Shown here piece after piece: positions 50,626-63,600 of a stretch of 64,000 bases of DNA. The notes under the pieces were generated by a model. The model was not told where the DNA came from and made no database searches. It was given only the letters and a program-made list of their open reading frames with translations. Within the stretch, counting starts at the first letter, position 1. Each line of letters opens with the position of its first letter. The position numbers and the translations under genes were made by a program. This DNA is from Prorocentrum cordatum (lineage: Eukaryota), in assembly GCA_963575745.1 (NCBI GenBank), contig CAUYUJ010000314.1, positions 372,001-436,000 of the forward strand, given 5' to 3'.

Positions 50626-50774
50626 ATATACATGTGTATGTATACACACATGTATATGGGGTTTGACGACATGGCTTGACGAAATGACGCTCGCTCAGGC
50701 TTAGTTTCCGCCAACCCCATGTATATGCCTTTGAACTTATATGTATGCACAGGTAGTCGGCCTAGCTCGATGGG

Positions 50775-50808
<34 letters not shown>

Positions 50809-51394
50809 TGTATGTATGTATGTATGTATGTATGTATGTATGCACGCATGTATGTATGTATGTATGTATGTTTGTTTGTATGTATGTATGGATGCATGTT
50901 TATAATCACATACAAATACAAATACATACATACATACATACATACATACATACATACATACATACATACATACATACATACACACATACATTATGTATAG
51001 CTGTATTGATACAGTGAGGACCTATCAGCATCGAAAACGGATCCGGCTAGACCTTCGTCCCGTTCGGGGGTGCTGGGTCCCGAGCGCGCCTGGAGGGCCT
51101 AAGACGGCTCCTGATGGCTTCCAGAGGGCCCCAAGCGGGGCCAAGAAGGTTGAATAACGCAGTCCCAGAGGTTTTTTCCCCACATGTTTCGTGGGGTTCT
51201 GGTTTTCTTCACTGCCGCGGCGCACCCGCGTCTCCTCACCTCCCCTCCTCCTCTTCATTCCTCTCCTCAACCCGCGGTCAACACATGCGCGGCAAGTACA
51301 TGAGACACGCGTCTACATACAACCGCACGCATGCACACACTCGCACACACAAGACGCATGTTCACTGCATCATACACCCAAGACGTCTGCACAA

Positions 51395-52145
51395 TCCGTG
51401 AGGGTCGTCCAGGGCACAGCAGGCATGGCATATTCTCGACACCATAAGGGGGTGCGCAGGGGGTGGTTTCTCACCGCGGTCGCTATCCGTGGCGGTCGTC
51501 CAGGGCATAGCAGGCAGGGCATATTCTCGACACCAGAGGGGGTGCGCAGGGGGTGGTCTCTCACCGCGGCCGCTATCCGTGACGGTCGTCCAGGGCACAG
51601 CAGGCATGGCATATTCTCGAAACCATAGGGGGTGCGCAAAGGGTGGTCTCTCACCGCGGCCGCTATCCGTGACGGTCGTCCAGGGCACAGCAGGCATGGC
51701 ATATTCTCGACACCATAAGGGGGCGCGCAGGGGGTGGTCTCTCACCGCGGCCGCTATCCGTGACGGTCGTCAGGGCACAGCAGGCATGGCATATTCTCGA
51801 CACCATAAAGGGGGCGCAGGGGGTGGTCTCTCACTGCGGCCGCTACTCGTGACGGTCGTCCAGGGCGCAGCAGGCATGGCATATTCTCGACACCATAGGG
51901 GGTGCGCAGGGGGTGGTCTCTCACTGCGGCCGCTACTCGTGACGGTCGTCCAGGGCACAGCAGGCATGGCATATTCTCGACACCATAAGGGGGTGCGCAG
52001 GGGATGGTCTCTCACCGCGGCCGCTATCCGTGACTGTCGTCCAGGGCACAGCAGGCATGGCATATTCTCGACACCATAAGGGGGTGCGCAAGGGGTGGTC
52101 TCTCACCGCGGCCGCTATCCGTGCCGGTCGTCCAGGGCACAGCGG
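51395..52145 (+). repeat. 90-91-bp tandem satellite, about 8 copies
   Basis: Unit GTCCAGGGCACAGCAGGCATGGCATATTCTCGACACCATAGGGGGTGCGCAGGGGGTGGTCTCTCACCGCGGCCGCTATCCGTGACGGTC starts at 51407, 51498, 51588 and 51678. Confidence 0.97.
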
Positions 52146-54117
52146 TATCGGCGGGGCAACGGCCACCAACATCATTCTCACATGCTTCACTTCAGCTCTC
52201 ATCACTCCAGCCATAATGTAAGTATGTTGGGTTCCTCGGTAGCGTCATTTTTTCACCCCCGCACACCCCAAGAGGCCTCCCAATGGGAACCCCAAGAGGC
52301 CAAAATCGCCAAAATCTTTTAGTAAAACTGTAGTTTCCAGCATCAACAACTTCTCTTTCCCGACGCTCCACAATAGCCCACAACGCCCCCCGTATCGCCC
52401 CCCAAGACGACCCAAGAGGCACTCAAAAGGCCCCCACGACACCCCCAAAGGGGCCCATGAGACGCCCAAGACGGCCCAAGGGGGCCCCCAAACGGCTTCC
52501 GAGAGGCACCAGTGACCCCCACCGAGGCCCCAAACAGGCCCCAGTTCCCCAAGATGCTTTAAAAAGGCTTCAAGAAACGCGAAAACAGCCCCCAAGAGGG
52601 GTCAAAACTGCTGCCGGAAAGTACCCTGCAAGCCGCGTGGCCCCCCAGGATGAGTACGGCGACAGTCAGAGTGTATGTGTGTATATACATACACATATAC
52701 ACATCCGTATCCATATCCATAGCCACAAACACATATGTATGTATGCAGGCATGTCTGTATGTATGCATGTAAATTTATATGTGTATGTTTATGTACATGT
52801 ATATGTATATGTACATGCATGTGTATATGTATATGCACATGCATATATATACACATATATATATGTATATGTATGTGTACATGTACATGTATATGTACAT
52901 GTATATGTATATGTATATGTATATGTGTATGCATATGTATATATGTATATGTTTACATATATATACATCTGCATATGTATATGTATGTGTATGTGTATAT
53001 GTATATGTATGTGTATATGTATATGTATATGTATATGCATGTGTATATGTATATGTTTATGTTTATGTTTATGTATATGTATACGTACATATATGTATAA
53101 AGCATGATGTACACATATATACACGTATATGTAAGGGTGTATGTATATAGTTGTATTTATATTCATGTATGTATATGTATATGTATTTGTGTATATATAT
53201 AGATGCATATATATTTACATACACACATATATGTATATATATATATATATATACCCACATATATATATCATACACATACATGTATACACATTATCTTGTT
53301 GGCTCGCTACGCTTTGCCACAATATCTTCCTCCTCCTCCTATATTGGGGTTGGGATCTGGATGCGCAAATAGCACATGGGTGCGGGACGGAAACAGGCAC
53401 CGAAGGAGTTTTGGAAGTGTGGAATGGAGGGAGGGGGGCAGTGGGTGTGAAAGTATGAAAGGGACTAAGGGGCTAGGACAGAAGAAGCTCTGAAGTGAGT
53501 GCGGAAGGAGCACGGTGAAGAGATGGACGGAACTCGGCGGAAAGCATGGAGGGCGAAACGTCGGAAGGGTGGACGGATGCACGGAGAAAGGGGCGTGGGG
53601 CACGGGGGGTGGCGTGGAGGGGGGCATGGAAGAGTGCCCGGCCGGTGGGTCGCGCGGTCGGCGCCGCCGCCGCCGCACGATTCGGTGCGTTGCGCGGCCT
53701 CTTCCGCTATTTCTTCCTCGTTCTACATTTCCTCTGTTTCCCGGATTATTTGTTATGTTTTGTTTCCTCTGGCTCGTCGCCGTCATCCTCTGTGTCTTTT
53801 CGGTCCGGGGCATTTGCAGGCTTTTTTTTTTTGTTTTCTCATATTTCTTCTATATATATTCTCTTGTTTTTTATATATATATATATATATCATAGGAAAC
53901 AATATTTGTTGATGTTTGTTTTATAATCTGTAGTTCGATCCTCGAGTGTCGAGTGCCCTCCTTATTGGCAATTGCGTAAAATGCGTGTGCATGGCAGAAG
54001 CACATCTGGATCCTATCCTAACAAATCAGTAGCGTTCATAGAACAACGTGCTTTCGATCGAACCTCGAAATGTATTGGTTTTTCGGTGAGTGTCTGTCTC
54101 AGAAACGCGCGTTGCAG

Positions 54118-54130
54118 ATTTTGGCTCAAG
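54118..54130 (+). other. Truncated DinoSL relic at the 5' end of the LINE
   Basis: ATTTTGGCTCAAG is an exact match to SL nt 10-22, about 110 bp upstream of the ORF1 ATG (54241). Confidence 0.8.
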
Positions 54131-54895
54131 GCTTGTCATTCGGGAGTGGCCCTTGAATTGATTGTAGGTCCACGCCCCGGCCCAGCCGCACCAGCGTGTG
54201 GCTTCGCGCTTGCGTCATCTCGGGTGCCTGCTCAGCGCCCATGCCGGCATGGAGTGGCCTGGGACGCGCTGGCGGTGGCCAGGGTGCGGTGTGGCCTTCC
54301 AGCCATCCCGTCAATGGTGGTGCACATGCCTGCTCATCGTGGTTTTCGGGGCACGCAGCGGCGTGGAAAAAGGATCCGTCTGGCAACTGGGACTACGTTG
54401 GCGCTAGCCCATCGCACAACCAGACGAATGTCTCGAGCATTCGCCTGTGGACTTGCAGGCAGCGCCAGAACACGAACCACTGCCCCACGGCTTGCACGAC
54501 TTGCGGGCTCAAGCGGACTTACGGCGAGGTTGCGAAGTCGTCGCTGGCCCCTCCCCCAGCCAAGGAGGCGACTGCAGCGCAGCAGAACCCTGTTGGTGCT
54601 CAACGCCACGCCCTTACGGAGAAACTCGCGAAGATCCGCGAGACGAAGGACGCACCTCCCACCCCACGCCTCCCGCGCCTCCTCTCGTGCCTGCCGGCCG
54701 CCCGCCGCAGGCTTTCAGCAGCGAGGCCCCGAACAAGAGCAGTTCGGGACGGCCCTGGCGGCCATTCCCGAGGACGACGCGGAGCTCGCTTACGAGCGCG
54801 CGTCGCTGGCGTCCCGGCTCGCTGACATCAAGACGCAAGCACTCGGCTCCAAGCCGATCGGTGTCCGGATCGATGGTGCGCGTGTTGCCTTGGGA

Positions 54896-55092
54896 TGATG
54901 ATGTTCCAACCTACTTCAGCTTTGATCGCGAAAAAGAATTTCGAGCGCAAGCAAAACGAAACTCGATAGTTTTCACGTGTCGGGCCCTGGTAAACCCTCG
55001 TCCGACACTGTCTCGGCAGTATTTCGACACTTTTCGGGGAGCTCGAAATTGTTTCTGGTATGCGGTCCTCAAGTACGACGGGAGCAACGTAA
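54896..55092. mobile_element. 197-bp insertion in LINE ORF1 with 8-bp TSD (hAT-like MITE)
   Basis: Flanked by CCTTGGGA (54888-54895) and CCCTGGGA (55093-55100), with decayed 12-bp TIRs (8/12). Removing the insert and one TSD joins ARVALG to RAHQRQAEAEQAV in frame. Confidence 0.75.
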
Positions 55093-58000
55093 CCCTGGGA
55101 CGTGCTCACCAGCGCCAGGCCGAGGCCGAGCAGGCGGTGGCGGTGACCTGGCAGCTACTGCAAACTGCCGCATGCCAGGTCAGTGCGCTCGTGAGGAGCT
55201 CCGGGAGCTGGCGACCTCTCTCACAAGGGAGGTCACCATCGAGGCGCCTGCGACGCCCGAGACCCAGGCGCACGCGATCCTGGGCACGATGATCGACCAG
55301 CTCACGGCCGACGAGCACGTCCACCCAGGGCACATCGAGGCCGCCAAGACGCACGTAAAACAATTGCTCGACGACTTTCGGGGTACGCTACGACAGGCCG
55401 AGGCCACTCTTTCAGCTGTTGCCGGTACGCCCCTTGTCTCCGAGGAGGCGCCCCGTGCCGCCAGGAGCCCTCCTGCGGCTCCGCTCCCCGCCGAGCCCGG
55501 CGCGCTGGCGCGCCGCCGCGGCCAGCAGCCGCGAAAGGAGTAGATCACCGACTCTTTCAGCAGGCGCAAGGTCATCGAGGCCATCGGCATGGAGTCGGCG
55601 GGGTTTCCTGCCTCCTCAGGGGCCCTTCAGACTGCGTAGATGCCGCCCCGCGGGCGGCCCGCTGCACTCCCGGTCCGCCATGGCCTTCTGAGCGCCAGCC
55701 GGCGCGCGCAGTCAGCAGTCGCATGTCTGCGATCCGGCTGCCTACGACGATTCATTCGCCCCCAGCGGCATACAAGGCGCCGGCGCCGAGTCGCCCGTCT
55801 ACGATGGCGCGTTCGACATGTCGCGTTGCCACCGGCAACGCGTGCACCCTGCGCCCTGAAGAAGAAGCAGCTGCTGGCGCCCAGGTCAGAGCACTAGTTC
55901 CAGAAAGACAACCTCGATTTCGTCTTGGTGCAGGAAGGCCGCTCACGGGCTGCCGATGTGCGACGGGGTTTCTGCTGCAGCATGCACGTCAATGCCGCTG
56001 ACAGCGCCAGGCGGGCGTGGATGCCAGATATGGGTCCGCACTGCGGCCGGATCTCGCGCGCCCCCCTGCGCCGCACCCCCCAGCCGCCTCTGCTGGGCGA
56101 CGGCCGCGATGCGAAAGGCATCCCATTTATTGTCGCCAGCGCCCATGCGCCAGGCGACCGCGCTCCCGCTGCCGAGCGGGATGCCTTTTGAGACATGCTG
56201 CTCCGCGCGCTGCTGACGCTCCGGCCCCGCGCACCGTCTGTCAGGATGCTCCTTGGCACCGACGCCAATGGCAGGGTCGGCTCCGACCGCTCCGGGGCCG
56301 TCGGCACCTGCGGCTCCGAGCCGTTCGCAGACAACGGCTCCGACCTGCTCGCGGCGCTCGCTCGTCTCAGGCTGGCCGCCAGCAGCGCTATCTACGACGA
56401 GGGGCGCGCGGGGCGGTCTAGAAAAGGCCCCGCGTCTCACAGGGGCTACATGCGCGGCCCCTTGGACGAGCGCCCCCGAGCGCCCCGCTCCTCCGGCCCG
56501 CGCGACGCGCAGCTGTTGCTCGCAGCCACGGAGGGCCATCGCCTCGTCGCGGCTGCCGCCCCGATGTTGGCCCCCCTGGAGCGCGCGCGCGAGCCCGACG
56601 CGTTCTGCTTCAGCAAATGGCGGCCCGGAAACCCGGCCCGGGTCCAATCGAGCCAGACCGCGCTGAGCCAGCTCCAGGCCCCCGTCGATGCGTCTATCGA
56701 CGAGAAGGCGCTCGCGCTGCCCTCTCAGGCGCGCGCGGCCGCTCGCGCGGCGACCGGCCGCCCTGAGGGCCGCCCTCATCAGCCATGAATCTCCGAAGGC
56801 GCGCGGTCGATCTTGCGCTTGCCGGCGCCGGGTCGCGCCGGGCTCGCGCGCCACAGGCCGGGGGGCCCACCGCGCCTTCTTCCGCGAGATCTTCCTTGGC
56901 TGGGCCGCGCAACGCACGACTGCCTTCCGCATGGGCTCTACCTCGCAGACGAGGTTGGGCTGGGCCGCGCAGTGCGCAATTCGGCCGCTGCACCGCGTCG
57001 GCTGTCTGCGGCGACTGATCGGCGCCGTCGCGCGGAGCCGCAAGCGCATTTGGTCAAGCACTTCATCCACTTCGACCGCCAGTTGTTCCTTGGGGACGAA
57101 GACCACGAGGCCCAGCGTGAAGCTACAAGCCCAGCGAGCAGCTAAAGCTGCACACGGTGACTTGTGACTGGCGAGGCACTTTCGGCGTCGCCTGATGGCT
57201 CGGCGGCCGAGCGGCCAGAGCAGCGGGCCACCCTGCGCCCCTCTCGCCCAGCGCACTCTGAAGTTCGGAGCCAGAGCGGCAGGCGCGACGGTAGGAACAT
57301 TTTTGCGACGTCTTCGACGGCGCCATGACCCCCATGGGCCAGCTGCAATCGCAGCCCGTGGAGGCGCCAATCGCATCCCCCACCCTCATGGTGACGCCAA
57401 ATAAAGTCAGCGCATCGCTCCGGCAGCTTGGGAACAACAGGGAGGTTGGGCGCGACGGCGCGCCTGCCGAGCTGCTGGCGGCCAGAGGGCCAGCTCTGGC
57501 GGCGCTGTTGGCCACGCTGCATCAGGAAATCGTCGACGCGGAAGGGTGGCCTGTCCAGTGGGCGGGCAGCCGCGTGAAGAACGCTCACAAGCGCAACGGC
57601 CCTTTGCCGATTGTGACGAATCAAGTGGTTTCGCGATTGAGGACCACGCAGCCACGCCAGCCAGCACGAGGCCAATATCCCCGAGATGCAACGCGGCGCG
57701 GTTGCTGGCACGGGGGCGGATTACGCGCCCCACCTTGCACATTGCTTCCAGGCCTATTGCGCCGCCGCTGGGCGGTCGCACTTCAGCTGGTTCGTCGACC
57801 TGGCAGAGGCTTGCGATCGCATCATCCGCGAGGTGGTGCTAGCTTGGCCGCGCGGGGCCAATGACCCAGAGGCATGTCTGGGACCTCTTGGCCTGTATTC
57901 GGATCAGGCTGCCTGGGTCGCCCAGTGGGTGGCCCAGCATGGGTGCCTCTTCGCCCGGCGGGGCGTCGGCCCGAAGGTCGCCCGCTTGCTCGGGGACCCC

Positions 58001-58240
58001 CGCGCGTCTTCGCGGTTCCTGCGGCGATGTGGCCGCCGCCATTGCTGCCCGGATTGGCGGCCGCCAGGGGTGCAAGTGTGGCGCCATGATATTCAGCGGC
58101 GCGTCCTCGCTAGCTGTTCTCATCCTGGAGGCCTCGTTGGACGGGGGCATCTTGCTCCGTCTGCGGGGGGGGTCCCCGGCTCTCTGGGGCGACGACCCCA
58201 GCGCGTCGCACGTTGACCCCGATGGCGCGCCCGTGGGGGA

Positions 58241-59442
58241 GTGCTCATGCTGTCGAAGCACGCTGGCGACCTCGGGGCCTCTGGGCGCAAGGAACACGTC
58301 AACCGCCTCATCGGCCACGTCGGGGGCGTCTTCGGACAAATGAGAGGTGGCCACGACGACTTTACCTATTGCGGTGCCCACCAACACCGCGGCGACTACG
58401 GCGCTGCGACACTCGACCAGGGCGAGTTCATCGACGCGCTGATCCCCATCAGGCATGTCGGCTATGTCGAATCGAAGGCCCACCCGCTGGCCGAGGGGCC
58501 ACTCCCGGACCACTGTGTCTCCCTGCTCGCAGCAGCCGCCTATCCGCTGCTCGCGCAACGCAAGTGCGCCGTCCACATCGTCGCGCTGCAGCAGGCCAGG
58601 GACAAGTTGCTCATCGGACGCATCGTGCAGCTCAACTCCGCAGATCTGACCACGCAGACAATCGCCCATAGTCTTCCCGCCGATGGAGTGCACAGGCCAG
58701 ATCTGCGCGCGTAGCGACGGTTCCCTTAAGCGCGAGGAGGAGAGAGGTTACGGCGTGAGCGGCGCCGTATACATGCGCTTGGTCAAGTCTCGCAGCACTG
58801 GTAAACAGAAGTGCCACTAGCTCGTCGCTGTGAGCAGATCTCACATACTCGCGTGAAGATCATCTTTCGGCTCTGAGCTGCTCGCCGCGCGTGGATCAGC
58901 AGACTGTCTACAGGCGCACCTCCTCACGCTCCGCAAGATGGCGCGCGGATCCACTTCGGCAGACGAGATCAGGAGACTGAGGGAGGGGGGGGGGGGGGGG
59001 GGGGGCGCTTTACCGGCCGAGCTGGTCGTGGACGGCACGTCCGTCTTCTCCGCGCTGGCCATGGACCACGTGCGCCCGCCATCGAAAAATAGCATGGCCG
59101 GCCGCCCATGGTGGCTAGCAGACCAGCTGCTCACCAAACAGCTATCCGAGCGACGCCCGTGACATGAGGGTCGACTCCATGACGAAGGGGGGCGCCAGCC
59201 AGGAATTCATCCTCGACGTCATGAAGGGGAAGCTCGTCTACGTTCACGCCGCGATGGGGCTTGACGAGGAGCGCAACAAGAAATCCGCGCCGAGCTCCAG
59301 CTGCAGCGACCTCACCAAGGCGAACGACCAGTCTGCTGTCGCAGACCTGGACTATGTTCGCGATTGCGGCACATTACATCAAGGAGGGAAGCATGGGGAT
59401 CCTCGCATGAGGAGAACCACGTTCGCAATTGCAACGGAGTGA
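58241..59442 (+). mobile_element. Decayed Ty1/copia pol fragment: RT C-terminal half plus RNase H
   Basis: KHAGDL (58256-58273, degenerate HVDD), FTYCG, TLDQGEFI, SLLAAAAY. RNase H motifs: SDGS, RSSFGSELLAA, VVDGTSVFSAL, DMRVDSMTKG (59161-59190; copia ADxxTK). In-frame stops are present. Confidence 0.85.
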
Positions 59443-60194
59443 GCCACACCGATTAGAGGTTGCTCTCCTGAGCGGTGTTCGAAAAGCAGCATGTGACGGT
59501 GAGTGTCAGGCCGTTTGCGCTGACAACTGTCTGCTGCCATTGTTGAAAGGTGTTCGTGGACCAGATCTGGCTAGTCCCCTGAACAATGACGGGAATAATT
59601 TCACCCCTCCGCACGGGCGCCGTAATAAACAAAAAGGTTTTGCGGTTGGCGCCGTGGGGGCCAATCTTCTTTGGGGTGGAGCGATGTCCGTCATCTACGC
59701 CACCTGTCGAAGCAGGTTTATGCACCCCCCTTGCACCAAAATTGGAGCCTGGTCAGTAGAAGGTCCCCTGACAATGTAACTGTTTAGTCAGTTCGTGGTG
59801 CCTTGTTGGTGGTCTGGACGCTTTGCGTCCGGTCTGCCAAAGAGGCACAACGGACCCGCTTGAACACCATGTTCGAACGGTGGGCTATCAGCGAACGCAG
59901 TGTGTGCGAGGGCATTGTTTTTCCGCCGCCGGTTGGCCCAAGGCATGCCTTCCGCGCCCGCTACACAGCCTTGCTATAGTATCTTGACGCCGCCCCAACA
60001 CACAGCGTGAAAACATGATTTTTACGTCCTGCTTTGCGTTTGAATTCTCGCCCTGTCCCTCCGATCGTGCTCGTGCCCGGCGCCCTGCGATCGCCCCCTG
60101 CGGCGCCCGTTGGAACCCCAGGCTGGGCTGTCGCTTCGCGCGGCCGTGCGCCAGGCGGGCCAGCCGCCGAGCCGCGCGCCTGCGCCGCTTCCGT

Positions 60195-60201
60195 CGTCGT
60201 G

Positions 60202-60243
<42 letters not shown>

Positions 60244-60600
60244 TCGTCCTCCTCCTCCTCGTCCTCCTCCTCCTCCTCCTGCTCCTCCTCCTGCTCCTCC
60301 TCCTCCTCCTGCTCCTCCTCCTGCTCCTCCTCCTCTCCTCCTCCCTCCTCCTCCTCCTCCTCCTCCTCCTCCTCCTCCTCCTTCTCCTTCTCCTCCTCCT
60401 CCCCCTCCTCTCCTCCTCCTCCTCCTCCTCCTTCTCCTCCTTTTCCTCCTTGTTCTCGTCCTTCTCCTCCTCCTCTTTCTCCTCCTCCTCCTCCCCCTCC
60501 TCCTCCTCCTCCTCCTCCTCCTCCTCCTCCTCCTCCTCCTCCTCCTCCTCCTCCTCCTCCTCCTCCTCCTCCTCCTCCTCCTCCTCCTCCTCCTCTTCCT
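60195..60600. repeat. (GTC)n plus (CCT)n microsatellite; (GGA/CCT)n tracts recur throughout (e.g. 197-341, 1148-1333, 5162-5425, 7088-7300, 13523-13670, 15545-15785, 32940-33272, 37835-37957, 48120-48495, 62252-62396)
   Basis: Directly visible. Confidence 0.97.
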
Positions 60601-63600
60601 CATCCCCCCCATGTCGGGGGCGCTCACGGAGGGCAGGGGGGATTTGTCGGCAAGGAACAAAACGGCATGCACATCGGAGTTCTTCGCGGATTTCTTGGAT
60701 CGGCTCTGGGCACCCCTGGCGGCGCCTTTGGCGCCGCTCCCCGCGCGCCAGGGAGGGGGGGCCCTGCGCCGATTCAAGAAATCCGCGCGGATCTTCCTAA
60801 AGCTTGACTTAATGTTGTTGCATCGTCTAGGTTTCTAGTCTAAGGGTGTTTCCGTTCGTTTCGCCATTCGCTTCGGGTTGTTCTCAAACGCTTCCACATG
60901 ATCCCGCCGCCGCCCAACGCACTCGGGAAGCAATACATGAGTGTTCGACGCCGGTGGGCTGGATTCCGCCTGCGGAACATATTCGAATCACGTTTTGACG
61001 CATATCCGTGATCATTTCACATCTCGGTGGAGTTGGTGTATCATCCACGGCCCAATGCCGATTTTGTGTCTGGAGCATGTTAGAGCTACGGTTGGGAACT
61101 TTTGGATAGCGTGTTGCGCCGCCGGTTCTGACCCACCACTTTTCTGCGCGATGTGCTGTCCATTTTTCAGTCCCCCAGCATCAACGTCCTTAGCCTTGCC
61201 CGACTTGGCGCCCCGCGGAACGGAGCGACACGCTGTCCGTTCGCAGGTCACCAGGGCCACCGCCGCGACACGCTGAGCAGAAGCTCCCCACCGTATTCGA
61301 GTCACATGTCGGTGCAGATCCGTGATCATATCATATGTTGGCGGAACTGATGTATCATCCAGTGCGCAATCTTGATTGCGGTCGGGCCGAGGTAGAAAAT
61401 CGAAGTCGGTTCAGGGAGGGTACCCGGATGCTTTTCGTTGTTTGTGTTTGTTGGATGTTCTTATGCATCTAGGGGGAGGGCATTCTCGAGTGATCGTTTT
61501 TTGGGGGTGTTTTGGCCGGCGGAGGATCTCTTTTGTTTGTCCTGGAACCGGCTGTTTGTGCTTGGAGCATGCTGGAGTTCTCGCGAGTGGATTCGTGGAA
61601 GTTGCTTCTGGAAGACGGACAAGCCCATTGCGTCTAATGCTTCGGCCACGAAAGATTGAATCACAGCATTTCCAGTTGAACGTGTCTTTTGAAATCGTTT
61701 CGCCGGTCGGCGTGCCCTCGACCCCTCCCTTCTCCTCTTCCAACCCCCCCCTTCCCCTTCACAGTAAATGTTGGCTGATTTGAGCGATAGCTTCCATCAG
61801 GTGGAGAAAGCACTGGGGGCCAGGCCCGCCCCCAACCCCCCTCTGGACACGCGAAGCGCTGCTTCGCACGGCTGTGTACCACTTTGGGGGGCTCCCTCGG
61901 AAAGATCGAAGCAGGCCTCCAGTGCGCCAGACGCGTTCAGAGAAAGAAGAAGATCGTCTTGCGCAGCGGTGGCAGCGCAATCCTGCCCATCCATTGCTCA
62001 GCCCCTTCACGCAGCACCCAGCGAAGCCTCGGCCAGGAGCCTGGCTTCCCCACCAAGCCAGCCTCCTCCAGCCGACCCTCCAATCAGATCGACCAGGCAC
62101 CAGCCCAGAGCCAGATTCCCCTCTCGCCTCCCCCCTTCGGCCGCATAGGGATAAGAAGACGCTCGAGATGGTGGACACATGTGCGACAGCGTTATGAATG
62201 GTGAAGAAAGCAATATCAAATTGCCTGGGCCCTCATACGGGCTCTATGGCTAGGAGGCGGAGAAGGGGGAGGAGGAGAAGGGAGAAGGAGGAGGAGCAGG
62301 AGCAGGAGGAGGAGGAGAGGGAGGAGGAGGAGGCGGAGGCGGAGGAGGAGGAGGAGGAGGAGGAGGAGGAGGAGGAGGAGGAGGAGGAGGAGGAGAAGCG
62401 GCCGAGACACACCCACAATCGTGAGAAGACTTTCGACGGGTTGCCGCGCGCTGGTTGGCGCACACCGCGCACGAAGGGGGACAGCCTTCGGCCAGGGATA
62501 TCGTCGTTCTTCCGGCGTGCCCCGCCTACAGCCACCGCCGCTCGCGCCACGGCCACCCGCGCGACTTGGGCGACAGCGCCGAGTGCAGTAGGGACAGCGT
62601 CCGAGTGCAGTAGGGACAGCGTCGCGCACTCCCAGGATATATCCACAGGAACATGAGCCTGCAGACGGGTCCCGCTGCCGCTTCGCCACCTGCCTGTCCG
62701 GCCGGCACCTGTACGTGCAGATACGCCCGCCGACCACTTCGGCGACGACGTCCTTCATGGCGAACCCAAGGCCGACGTGGCACAAGAGGCCACTCATCCC
62801 AACCAGCGCGAGGGCGTTGTCAGCTTGCGGGGAGATCCGCCCGCCTTCGTCCCGTCCCTCGATCTGCCGATCCTGCCGCCCTACCTTCCCGCCGCTGGGC
62901 CCCGGACGCGCTGGGAGCCCTGGACAGGTGGGCCCTGGTCACGCTGGGAGCCCCGGACACGCAGGGAGCCACGTGCACGCTGGAAGCCCCAGACGCGCTG
63001 AGAGACTTCCACCACGGCACCCTATGAGGGCAGCGGCGAAGGCGGAGCCCCCGCATTCGCCACCGCCCTGCCGTTGAGGGCCATGCGTGCACACCACCGA
63101 TGCCGAAGCCAGCGACGGCGCCAGCGACTACACCCCCAACCCGGAGGAGGTGGCGGCGGCTGTCGGTCACGTCGGGTCGGAGGTGGAGGCCCTTGTTGTC
63201 GAGGAGCGCGGGGGGGACGAGGAGGTGGAGGCGGGTCATGGTGGCTGCCTGGACGGTTCTCCCTTACAGCCCTGGCAGATCTTCCACCGAGACTTGGAAG
63301 AGCGACTCGAAGATTCAAATGGCGAGGGCGGACGGCGCGCCACCATCCATCCTTAGACTCCATTCGGTGGTGGGGATGGGTGGTGGGGACGGGCACGCGC
63401 GGGGGAGGAGGGGAGCTCACGCCACAGGCTGCCGCTGCAGGGCCAGGGTGGCCGTGCGCCCAGGACTCTCGAGCCCACATTCGTCATGCAGAATTCCTCA
63501 CAAGCTTTGGGACCCCCCCCGCCCGCCAGGCATCGCAAGCGGCAGCGCTCAGCTTGGGGTATCCCTCCTGCGTCCCTTAACATTTTGGGTCCTGGCTCCC

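Larger units (their letters stand above)
54118..58240 (+). mobile_element. Decayed non-LTR (LINE) retrotransposon: ORF1, APE endonuclease and RT N-terminal motifs
   Basis: ORF1 has a RanBP2-like finger WTCRQRQNTNHCPTACTTC and a coiled region. APE motifs: RVATGNACTL (55822), LDFVLVQEGR (55913-55942), VASAHAP, LLGTDANGRVG (56249-56281). RT motifs: VGRDGAPAELL (57445), WPVQW, QRGAVAG, FVDLAEACDR (57791-57820), GGRQGCKCG (58056). Multiple frameshifts and stops. Confidence 0.88.

Noticed and set aside
59380..59800. Polypurine tract and 3' LTR of the copia fragment
   Set aside because: AAGGAGGGAAG is short, and there is no second LTR copy or clear TG...CA boundary in the window.
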